From NCBI GenBank assembly GCA_026770705.1, contig JANJGN010000018.1:40610001-40674000 (forward strand): a DNA stretch of 64,000 bases, read 5' to 3'. Each line of letters starts with the position of its first letter. Positions within the stretch are counted from its first letter, which is position 1. Below, piece after piece: positions 9,747 through 20,437 of the stretch. The notes under the pieces are model-generated. The model made no database searches and was not told the origin of the DNA. It was given only the letters and a program-made list of their open reading frames with translations. This DNA comes from Isurus oxyrinchus (lineage: Eukaryota). Made by a program: the position numbers and the translations under genes.

Positions 9747-12503
9747 ATGCCCACCTCCTTGAAGAAGTTCTGTTCTTTTCTGCGACAAGATTTCCGTATC
9801 TCTCTGTTGCCTTGTTCACCTTCTTTGCTTTCCATTTCCCTCCTGGTGTTTGACAAGGCGTTTACTAAAACCCGCTTTCACAGCCATATCTCCTTTCTCA
9901 GTGACTGTCTCCATCTCCGACTTACCCCACGTGGATTTCAACTGAAATTCCACCCCTCATCTTTCGAACCCACCCAGGATTACCGGTATCTCCGGGACAT
10001 AAAACGTTTCTCAGACTGCTGTTCCCGTCACATTCTGAAATCTACACTCAGTGCCATGCGCCGCCATATGAACACACTCGACCTCTCCCTCCAGCAGCAC
10101 CGCCGTACCCTTTTTCAAAGCTGCGCGTGCCCCCAGTTTCATTTTATCCTTCGGCTCATCTGACGCCTCAACAAGAAACTTTTTCTCTTTCTCTCAACTG
10201 CTAAGGAACGCAAGCTCCAACAACTCATCGACACCAACACCCATCTAGGACCCTCCACCCCAGCCTGTCCCTCCGTCCCCACCCCATCTTCCAATCCCAG
10301 CCCCAGCCGTGTATTCACTATACCCCCTGACCTTCCCCTCTCTGATGCTGAACGTTCAGTGCTCAGCAAAGGACTTAGTTTCATACCCTTACGCCCTCAC
10401 CTCTATGGATTTCGGGCTCGGCATGATACTGAACTCTTCTTTCGCCGTCTTCGTCTCCGGGCTCACTTCTTTGGGCAGGAGTCCTCTCCCAGTTCAACGG
10501 ATCCTTTTACCCATCTCCAATATTCTCCCTCCACCTGGACCCCTCCCTCTGGATTCTTACCTTCTCTTGATCTTTTCATTGAGAACTGTCGGCGCGACAT
10601 TAGTCGTCTCAATTTCTCTGCTCCTCTCACCCATTCTAACCTGTCTCTCTCTGAACTTACTGCACTCCATTCTCTCAGGTCCAACCCTGACATTGTCATC
10701 AAACCCGCTGACAAGGGTGGTGCTGTTGTTGTCTGGCGCACTGACCTCTACCTCGCGGAGGCTGAGTGTCAACTCGCAGACACTTCCTCCTACCTCTCCC
10801 TGGACCATGACCCCACCACTGAACATCAAGCCATTGTTTCCAGGACTGTCACTGACCTCATCTCCTCTGGGGATCTCCCTCCCACAGCTTCCAACCTGAT
10901 AGTCGCCCAACCTCGGACGGCCCACTTCTATCTCCTACCCAAAATCCACAAACAGAACTGCCCCGGTAGACCGATCGTCTCAGCTTGCTCCTGCCCCACA
11001 GAACTCATTTCTCGTTATCTTGACTCCCTTCTCTCTTCCCTTGTCCAGTCCCTTCCCACCTACATCCGTGATTCCTCTGACACCTTACGTCACATCAACA
11101 ATTTCCAGTTCCCTGGCTCCAACCGCTTCCTCTTCACCATGGACGTCCAATCCCTCTACACCTCCATCCCCCACCAGGTTGGTCTGAGGGCCCTTAGCTT
11201 CTTCCTCAAACAGAGGCCCGAACAATCCCCATCCACCACTACTCTCCTCCGTCCGGCTGAACTTGTTCTCACGTTGAACAATTTCTCCTTCAACTCCTCT
11301 CACTTTCTCCAAATAAAAGGTGTGGCTATGGGTACCCGCATGGGCCCCAGCTATGCCTGTCTCTTCATGGGGTATGTGGAACATTCCTTGTTGCAGTCCT
11401 ACTCCGGCCCCCTTCCACAACTTTTTCTCCGGTACATCGATGATTACTTCGGTGCCGCTTCATGCTCTCGTCGGGACTTGGAAAAATTTATTAATTTTGC
11501 TTCCAATCTCCACCCCTCCATCATTTTCACGTGGTCCATCTCTGACACTTCCCTTCCCTTCCTTGACCTCTCTGTCTCAATCTCTGGTGATAGACTGTCC
11601 ACCAATATCCATTACAAACCCACCGACTCCCACAGCTACCTCGACTACAGCTCCTCACACCCCGCTTCCTGTAAGGACTCCATCCCATTCTCCCAGTTCC
11701 TTCGCCTTCGTCGCATCTGTTCCGATGATGCTACCTTCAAAAACGGTTCCTCTGACATGACCTCCTTCTTCCTTAACCGAGGTTTTCCACCCACGGTCGT
11801 TGACAGGGCCCTCAACCGTGTCCGGCCCATCTCCCGTGCATCCGCCCTCGCGCCTTCTCCTCCCTCCCAGAAACATGATAGGGTCCCCCTTGTCCTCACT
11901 TATCACCCCACCAGCCTCCGCATTCAAAGGATCATCCTCCGCCATTTCCGCCAACTCCAGCATGATGCCACCACCAAACACATCTTCCCTTCACCCCCCT
12001 TATCGGCATTCTGTAGGGATCGCTCCGTCCGGGACACCCTGGTCCACTCCTCCATCACCCCCTACTCCTCAACCCCCTCCTATGGCACCACCCCATGCCC
12101 ACGCAAAAGATGTAACACCTGCCCCTTCACTTCCTCTCTCCTCACCGTCCAAGGGCCCAAACACTCCTTTCAAGTGAAGCAGCATTTCACTTGCATTTCC
12201 CCCAACTTAGTCTACTGCATTCGTTGCTCCCAATGTGGTCTCCTCTACATTGGAGAGACCAAACGTAAACTGGGCGACCGCTTTGCAGAACACCTGCGGT
12301 CTGTCCGCAAGAATGACCCAAACCTCCCTGTCGCTTGCCATTTTAACACTCCACCCTGCTCTCTTGCCCACATGTCTGTCCTTGGCTTACTGCATTGTTC
12401 CAGTGAAGACCAACGCAAACTGGAGGAACAACACCTCATCTTCCGACTAGGCACCTTACAGCCTTCCGGTCTGAATATTGAATTCAATAACTTTAGGTCG
12501 TGA
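9747..12503 (+). pseudogene. PLE polyprotein, full length with one premature stop
   Basis: Same length (2757 nt) and colinear with the left copy. TGA at 10161-10163 where the partner has CGA (CpG transition); the ORF-track pieces 9723..10163 and 10359..12503 share one frame. Confidence 0.92.
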
Positions 12504-12880
12504 GCTCCCTCCCCCATCCCCACCCCCTTTCTGTTTCCCCCTTTTTCCCTATAAATTTTATAGATTTTTCTTTTCCCACCTATTTCCATTATTTTAAAAT
12601 ATTTTAAAATCTTTTATGCTCCCTCCACCCCCACTAGAGCTGTACCTTGAGTGCCCTACCATCCATTCTTAATTAGCACATTCGTTTAGATAATATCACC
12701 AACTTTAACTTTAACACCTCTGTGTTCTTTTGTACCATTGTCGCTGACACCTTTTGATGATCTGCTTCTATCACTGCTTGTTTGTCCACACAACCACCTC
12801 TCTCTCTCTCTATCTCTCCGCCCCCCACACACACACCTTAAACCAGCTTATATTTCAACTCTTTCTTGGACTCGAAATCA

Positions 12881-12919
12881 AGTTCTGTCGAAGGGTCATG
12901 AGGACTCGAAACGTCAACT
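12881..12919 (+). ncRNA. Minimal type I hammerhead ribozyme in PLE pLTR (variant core)
   Basis: agtt-CTGTCGA-a-gggtc-atgag-gactc-GAAA-c-GTC-aact: stem I agtt/aact, stem II gggtc/gactc, palindromic ACGT mini stem III, GUC cleavage triplet. Hammerheads are an established feature of PLE pLTRs. Confidence 0.75.
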
Positions 12920-14678
12920 CTTTTCTTCTCCGCCGATGCTGCCAGACCTGCTGAGTTTTTCCAGGTAATTCTGTTTTTGTTCTATATAGGCCAGGCTTGA
13001 CAAATCAATATTTTTTTCATGTTATTTCTGTATATTTTTGATTACCACAAGAGAGATCAAGGATTAAAACAGGGACCTTCCTGGTCTAGTTAAAACTTGC
13101 CTTTATCAATTGAGCCTTTACATTTTGATCCTCTTTTCAAAGAATACTCCCACATGTGCATGAGTGAGAATAGATATGAACAGTATTGTCAATATTGTCT
13201 TTTCTTAGCCATAAAATGTATGTGGCCGGTTTGCAAAATCCTTGTCAATTATCTTGTTTATTTTTATAAAATCTTGCTTCATTAAAAACATAATAACAAA
13301 GTGCATTTACATTTTAGAATTAGACTGTTGAGCCTCATCTCTGTAAATGCTAATTTGTTAATTTGTTGAGCGCTCCATATTAAGTGACTTCTGGAGTCAG
13401 CAAAAACTTCATATATCCCTTTTATTTGTTACTGAGAAATGGAATGTTTCAGAATGAATTAGTAGATGTGCTGCAGCATAACTCTTTATTTAATCAGTTT
13501 ATCTGTGTCTCATTGATATTGCAGTAACATAATGGAAAAAACCTTTTTTGTGAGTGTGGAATAGTGACAATGAAACCCTTTCTCCAAAGAAATCAGTCTT
13601 TTTTTCTATAATGAAATCTGGAAAAAAGTTGTTTTGGTTTCTTTTTCTAGAAGTTCTTGTATCCTGTGGCTTCTGTCAATGCAAGACCACAGAGTGAGAC
13701 TGGAATTTGTTCTGAGCAAAAGAGGTTGAAGCTGGAGCCAACAAAGCACCAGAGGGAGTTGATGTTCAACATTTTCCAGTTTGGTGAAGCAATGCAAATG
13801 GATTTAGGCTATGGCACAACTGGAGACAGAAAATGGTGACTGTGGCAATGACTGCAGCCCAGATAATTCTCTTCCACTAACAGCTGGATTTCGGCGAGCT
13901 GGTGCTGAGGCTGTTAGTAAAGAGCACAGCAGCTTTGCTTTTTCTGTGTATTTTCACCTGGTCTTGTCCTTCACTGCAGCACTAATGTCACATGCTAATA
14001 CTTTAGGTTCATGCTTTAGGTATTGGCTTGTTGGCTTTGGAGAGGCAGGAATTAAAGAACACATAAAATGAAGATGATAGTACACTTACCTTGGAGCTGA
14101 ATCACTCAAAGGACCCAGTCAGCAAAATGTCAAACAAATGAAAGGTGGCAAGTGCTCACATCAGTTCCACCTCCTAGATTATAGCCATGAAAATGACAGC
14201 CAACACCAGGGTTCAAATGCAGAATTGTCGCATATCGCAAATGCACTGGTGCTGAAAATAACACTAGCATGAAATCCCTTGGAAAATGTTAATTAGACTT
14301 TAAAATATAATTAGGTACACATGTTCTGTCAGGGAAGAGAATCTGTAAAATATCACTCTCTCTTGGTCCTGAGCTAATTTAAATAGATGTTCAGGTGGCT
14401 GACACTGGCCATCACACATCACAGAGTAAGACATGAATTCATTCCCCACCATGCCTGCTTTTCATCTCTTTTTAAATTCTATACCACTCCTTGACCAAGA
14501 AGAGGACATAAACCTCTGCTAATGCATTCATCAAGAGAGATATATGGCTTGTGTTTAGATTTACCCTCCTGTGCTACTAATAAGGCACCTAGCCACCACT
14601 GCACAGTATGTTCTTTGTAAGCATGCAAGGATTAGAAGTTTATTCTGTACTTGAAAGGAACAAATGTAGGTTCAATAC

Positions 14679-15086
14679 CTGGACGCTGGACAGTGACAGT
14701 GGTCAGTCCGGACATATTCTCTCCAGCTTTATACCAGATGTTGTTGGGGTTCAGCAGCCATTCCTCCACATGACAATAGTATTTCCCACTATCATCAACA
14801 TCAGCTTTTAGTAAGACTAAAGTGTAATGCCCGCTTAAAGCTTTTTCAGCTTGCAGTCTCTCCTTTCTCTTGTCTCTTCCTAACCAGTCCTTATACTCGA
14901 CCACATAGTCACGGTTTGATATCAGGATGAGTTTATCATCTTTCTCCAATGATTTCTGAACGTACCATTGCACGGAGAATTGCGAGTCTGGTCTTGTTTG
15001 ATTCGTGATGATACAATCTAAATGAATGTTGTCATTTTCTTTTACTACAATGTTCCTTTTTATTTGGTTGACTTTTAATCTACAAT
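14679..15086 (-). CDS. IGSF3: IGSF3 internal exon, Ig V-set domain 6
   Basis: DCRLKV...IHLDCII...QWYVQK...DKLIL...DDSGKYYCHVEEWLLNPNNIWYK...SGLTTVTVQRP. ttttccttacag acceptor, gtattg donor; 408 nt, phase 1-1, in frame with the Ig5 exon. Confidence 0.9.
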
Positions 15087-16915
15087 CTGTAAGGAAAAAA
15101 TTGATTAGTCACATGCAGGACAATGGTAAACACAAAATAAAAACACATTTCTGTAATATTTTCCTCTTTTTTTTCTCTCAGATATTCTAGTAACCATAGT
15201 GACCCAGATTTTGCAGTCAGTGGTAAAGTGATGACATCGACCATTGACCTCTAAGAAAGCTCCCCACGACGATCGAGCAATCTCTGTGGCGTGGATTTCC
15301 CCTTTCCAGATATTAATTTGAATCTGGCACCAAGTCAAGGGAATCTCCAGGTGCCCAGAAACAGTCAGCTCATCAAGCAGAGTAATCAGCCAGTCACACT
15401 GAAGTAGACAGTAGAGACAGCAAACTAGCAGGTAAAATGCACTGATTATTCTTCACTTTTTAAATATCTTTTTAGAGAGAATGAAAAAAATGATTGAGAC
15501 ATACATGTGGGATTAAGGTAGAAGCTGAGCTATCGTAAACAGGCTTTTAGAAATGTTAAAAATGTGGATTTTTTTTTTAACTGTAATGGAGAAATTTGGC
15601 ATTCAGCAAATATAACAGTTTATCAGGGCCTGAAAGATAGTTCAGTAATAATTATGAATTTAGTATGCCACGAAAACCCAGTTACACCATTTTCAAAAAG
15701 GTGCAACTTTTTTCAAGGGTTTTTATAGCAGATCTAATAGCGTAAAAGGGCAAGTTCTTGTCAGTTCTGTGATTTCTAATTGTTTGTAGTCTGGGGGTAC
15801 TTCATAGTGCACATTTTGGACAAGCAAGGAGTTACTGACAGCAACTTCTGGATTTTCACTTTTAACTGCGCATGTACAGTCTCCAGGTGTTGCTGCCAGT
15901 TTCAGAGGGAGTAATGATGGTGAATTCTGACAGTTTTGCTGTTATTACTGCTGCAAAATCCAAGCCATCTTCCTCTACAACTGGAGTAAGCACTTCTCCA
16001 CAAGTTGAGCTGTAAGGCAATTTACTTCCAAGCAAGACACTATTTTCTTCTCTAACTCTTCTGCACCCTCCTCTCTGTCTGTTACAGCATTGTAGTGAGA
16101 TAACCCATGTAACAGATGAGTCAACATCAAATAAAACTATTTATAAAACAACGTAACTGTGGTCACATTGGACCATCAGACAAGTATGTGACTCAAATTC
16201 ATAATCACAGGTCTTCAAAACAGACATCTTAACCATACCACTACAGGAACTGCATTGTCTGTCTTTTTTCTGAGTCGATGAACTAATTGAGAGGAGTGTG
16301 AGTCATATGAATAACTGTTTCACCATGGAAAAATTAAGGAGATTATTCAGTGACGAGCAAGATAATTTAGAGTATACTAAGGTTTAGCGTGACTCCAGCT
16401 GGCCAGCAACAAAGATAGCTACGAAACCTGGCTGAGAAACAGAAAAAAAGATGCTTCTCTGTTCCAGTTTTTAATTTTCACTGGAATAATTTGGCATTAA
16501 TGCTGTTTCTGCTTTGCAATATTCATTGAGGCCATCAATGTGATGTACAACAGGTATTATATCCAAAAAGCTGCTGTGTTTGTATCCTTTTTGTGCAAAT
16601 CTGTACTACATTAATATTTAATCAAAGCACTTACATATTAACATGCCAACTGTAATGTTACTCCTGCTGGTAATTTAAAAATAACTTGCAGATTGCAAGT
16701 TCCTCAGATTGCATTGTAACATGAAAAGAAACTTTGTAATGAAACCATTCTTGTTTGCAAACTGGTTTCTGGGAAATGAATCACTGTATGATATAGGAAG
16801 ATTTATAATGAAGTATTGTGTAAAAACAACAATAATTTCCTTTCAGAAAAAAGTTGTATGTTGAAAAACTGTGTTGCAGGATTAATGGCTGTAGGTCTAG
16901 CAACCTTTTGCTGAC

Positions 16916-18812
16916 ATTGATGCCAAAATTCCATGGGCGTTCTGTCACTCTCCACTATAACTTAAGCAGCAGTCTAATGAATGCTCTACAATGTGGACCA
17001 AGGCCCAGAAATGACAGTTTTTACAGGGCCTTGTTGAGAGTGGAACCCCTGCTCACGACCACCAAGGCAGCAATCAGGTACAGGGACTCCCACACAGGAG
17101 TTCACACTCTCCTGGTCTCAAGGGAGCATTGGATAATTGGTTCTTTTGGCAGGGAGCAGCATTCCAGCTCATTCACACAAATGGGGCCCACCTAGTTTTC
17201 CAGGCCTGTGTTACGGTCTGGACTTCTGAAGAATTCTAAGCAATTTTACTTGTTCCCTATAAAAGCTATCAATGGACCCAGGTAAGATGGATTTCCCAAT
17301 GGTCCTGGACACCCCTAAACTGCAATTTGTAGCATCTTCCCTGACCCTATGGCAGCATCTGACATGTGTCCTTATTACCACAGCTGACTTACATAATTAT
17401 TTAAATTAAATGACCTCAATTCCCATGAACTTTGGTGGGATCAATACCAAAGGTCATAGACAGGTGAAGCATGCACTAACGCTGGACTGTTGGGCCCTGA
17501 GTTTTCAGGCCCATTATGCCTAAAATCACACCAGTATGGACCTGGTATGTGGAAAAAAACAGTTGCTCTAAGCAACGGCTATTTTAAAAAAGATGATGAT
17601 TTGACATTATTGAAAAAAGCAAACATTACATTACTGATATGCCACCAGTATGTCATTCACTTTAAACTAGCTGAGTGCTGACTATATTCCCCAGTGTTGT
17701 ACATGAGCTGGCAACCAAATCAAGAAGACTAAAACTGCACAGACGGCAGCTCCCAGACAAAAGGATTTAGAGAGCTCTGTGTGGTACTCACAGGCTTTGG
17801 AGAAGCACAATATATCTACTATATGCATTGATTAATGGAGCTGAGTGGATAAGGCGTACATTAATGGATAATATGTTACCGTACTACACTGATGTTCATC
17901 AAATAAATGTCAGTGCTGTTCAGCTAGCAAATGCTTCCACTTCAAGGGCTGCTGTGGCATCCCTCAAATGGTATGAAATGTAAAATGGATCAATTATTTC
18001 TGATTTTTTTTAAACAATGCCTTTTACCTTCTCACTTTCACATCATTTCTGTTTGCAGTTTCCAGCAGGGTATCATTATAGATAGATGCTAGACCAATTT
18101 GCCACACATTGCCTACTTGGAACACTTAAATGTATGCCTCAATTTAGACAAAAGCTAGTATTGTCATGATGAATAGATGTAGATAAATTAATAGCTTGTT
18201 TGGAATTACAGATGATTAACTAAAAATTAAGTAAGAAAGAGAATGAAAAATATAAAGAAAACAATGCTTTGTTATTTCTATTGCTGCACATTAATTAATA
18301 TGTGAATTATGCCAATACAGAAGAGCTTTTATTGTTGAACCTTAAAAAGGGAGGAAAATATTGGTAGGCATCATCGCCACTAGGTTTTTAAATGTTTCTA
18401 AATGACCATAGAATTAATCTCTCACAAACAAGCATGTGCATACAGAAACTACAAATAGATACAGAATGACAAAAATAATAACACACAGGAGCACATATTG
18501 ACGCCAAAATTCCATGGGCATTCTGTCACTCTCCACTGAAACTTAAGCAGCAGTCTAAGGAAAGCTCTGCAGTGTGTACCAGGGCCCAGAAAAGGCAGTT
18601 TTTACAAGGCCTTGTTGAGAGCAGAGTCTCTTCCCATGACCACGAAGGCTTGTTATCAGGTACAGGGGCTCCCACACAGAAGTTCACACTCTCCTGGTCT
18701 CGAGGGAACATTGGATAATTGGTACTTTTGACTTGGAGCAGCATTCCAGCTCAATCAAACAAATGGGGCCCCACCTGGTTTTCCAGGCCTGTGTTATGGT
18801 TTGGACTTCTGA
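16916..18812 (+). repeat. Pair of ~315-bp diverged direct repeats (16916-17229 and 18497-18812), unclassified
   Basis: Colinear from attga(t/c)gccaaaattccatggg to ggacttctga, with sharp ends and scattered substitutions. Confidence 0.9.
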
Positions 18813-18842
18813 CTATAACACAACTATACATAAAGATACATG

Positions 18843-18860
18843 CACACACACACACACACA

Positions 18861-18922
<62 letters not shown>
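18843..18922 (+). repeat. (CA)n microsatellite
   Basis: About 40 CA units with one TA interruption. Confidence 0.98.
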
Positions 18923-18925
<3 letters not shown>

Positions 18926-20437
18926 CTGTATTTTATGCTCTCCCGCCAGCGGGTTTGAAGGCTGGAAGGGGGGGGAACAAAAAATCTAGCAGTGTCCTTC
19001 CCACCGCCTACTCACCCACTACTCACCTGTTTGACACTTTACAGGGACTGGAGAGGAGACAATTAATGGCCACTTGAGGACCTCATCCCGCCACCACTAG
19101 TGTTTTACATCAGCCTTAGCTGCGCGGGCTGATGGTGAACAAAGGGGAGCCTCCTTTGCGGGTCCCCTGGGCTTATCAGAGGCACCTCCAAGGTCATCCA
19201 CCCTTTTAACCCTCCGCCTGGCCTCTTGAACCCAGTCCTCCAGCCTCCTCAGCATCTCTTGCTGGGGCAGGTTGGCAGGACTTGGTGAGACCCCTGACTC
19301 TGGACTTACCTGGGCTCCTTGTTGTGGTGGAACTGTCTGTAGTCTCAGTAGTGGCCACCACTCCAGGTTGCACTGCTGGGACTACAGAGCTGCTGTCCAT
19401 CTGATTGGCTGGCAGCTCTGTAAGGTGGGACCTTCTCTCAAGATAGGGGCAAAAGTTCCTCTCCTTAAAGCAATTAACATTTACATTACTGCTGTCGGGA
19501 TTGTGAGTGGATTCCCTCCCAACTTTTTAGCCCGGGGTAGGTGGGGGCAGTCGTGCTGGGACCACAGCGCCCTGTAAAATCTAGCCCATAAAGTAACAAA
19601 CACACAAGTACAGATAGCTCTGCAAACATGTCAAAAGAAATCATAGACACAGATATTGACAGAATTATATGACTGCACATAGACACATTTTGAAAATGAG
19701 CAGATTTCTTTGTATTTTTACCATAACCACCTTATTATTATTTATTTGCTCCATTTTGGCTCTTGCCCCCACCCTTTTCTATTTCCTGTCTATCAATTTA
19801 GCTTTGAAGAAAATGTACTTGGGACAGTATTAACCCAGATTTCTGTTCCTGCTGCTACTTTTATATTTTTTGTTCCAACATTTATAGTAACCCAATTGTT
19901 TGTCAATGTGTGAATTAAACAGATGGAATTAGTCAGGGTCTTTATTTTTAAGAGACAAAAGTAACTTTCAACAATGATTTTGAAACAACCAGAATCTGGA
20001 TGTCCCAAGAACTCCTGACATATCAGAACTAGCAGGTGAAAGGGTTAATGATCTTTGAAAATGGACCATTAATAGACCAATCTGTATTCCAAATTACAAC
20101 ACCCTGTTGGCTACTAACAGAGCAATAGATTAAATACACCAATTATATTATCAAGGGAAAACTAAATAAAAGGTTTTTTTCAGTCCAAGCGAGACAATCT
20201 ATGCTGGGTAAAACATAGTATTAGATGTTGTCATTCAAATCCTGCTCAACAAAATTCTGCTAAGAAACGTTATTTTATTCTTTTCAGCTGGGCAATCATT
20301 AAAGCCGACGTGCGATATTTTGGACAATTAATAAGAAAAATATGGTAAGTGATTAGCAACTGATTTAGGGTGGCAAAGGCAGGTTAATGCACAAGAAGCT
20401 GAATGCACATTTTAAGAAGGAAAATGGCTCCAACCTG

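Larger units (their letters stand above)
6196..12980. mobile_element. Head-to-head inverted dimer of Neptune-type Penelope-like retroelements
   Basis: Minus-strand copy (~6196-9520) and plus-strand copy (~9521-12980) are near-identical reverse complements. Flanked by direct repeat tctatataggccag at 6182-6195 and 12981-12994. Confidence 0.93.

Noticed and set aside
6638-12589. Many 70-290 aa ORFs overlapping the PLE ORFs in other frames or strands (also 28790-30008)
   Set aside because: These are shadow ORFs of a C-rich coding strand, with Pro/Ser- or Gly/Glu-biased composition and no recognisable motifs.
6196-12980. Dimer as a fold-back sequencing or assembly artefact
   Set aside because: The arms differ at many positions and have different ends, the centre is asymmetric, and a 14-bp TSD bounds the structure. 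An artefact would mirror the flank as well.
14083-14200. Minus-strand donor-like site (aaggtaagtg) ~0.6 kb downstream of the Ig6 exon as an extra IGSF3 exon
   Set aside because: No Ig-like or transmembrane reading frame, and no convincing acceptor upstream.
16916-17229. C/D-box snoRNA (starts tgatg, ends ctga)
   Set aside because: The C box is incomplete (tgatgcc/tgacgcc), the unit is long, and the boxes are antisense to the host gene.
18719-19077. His-Thr repeat ORFs
   Set aside because: These are translations of the (CA)n microsatellite.
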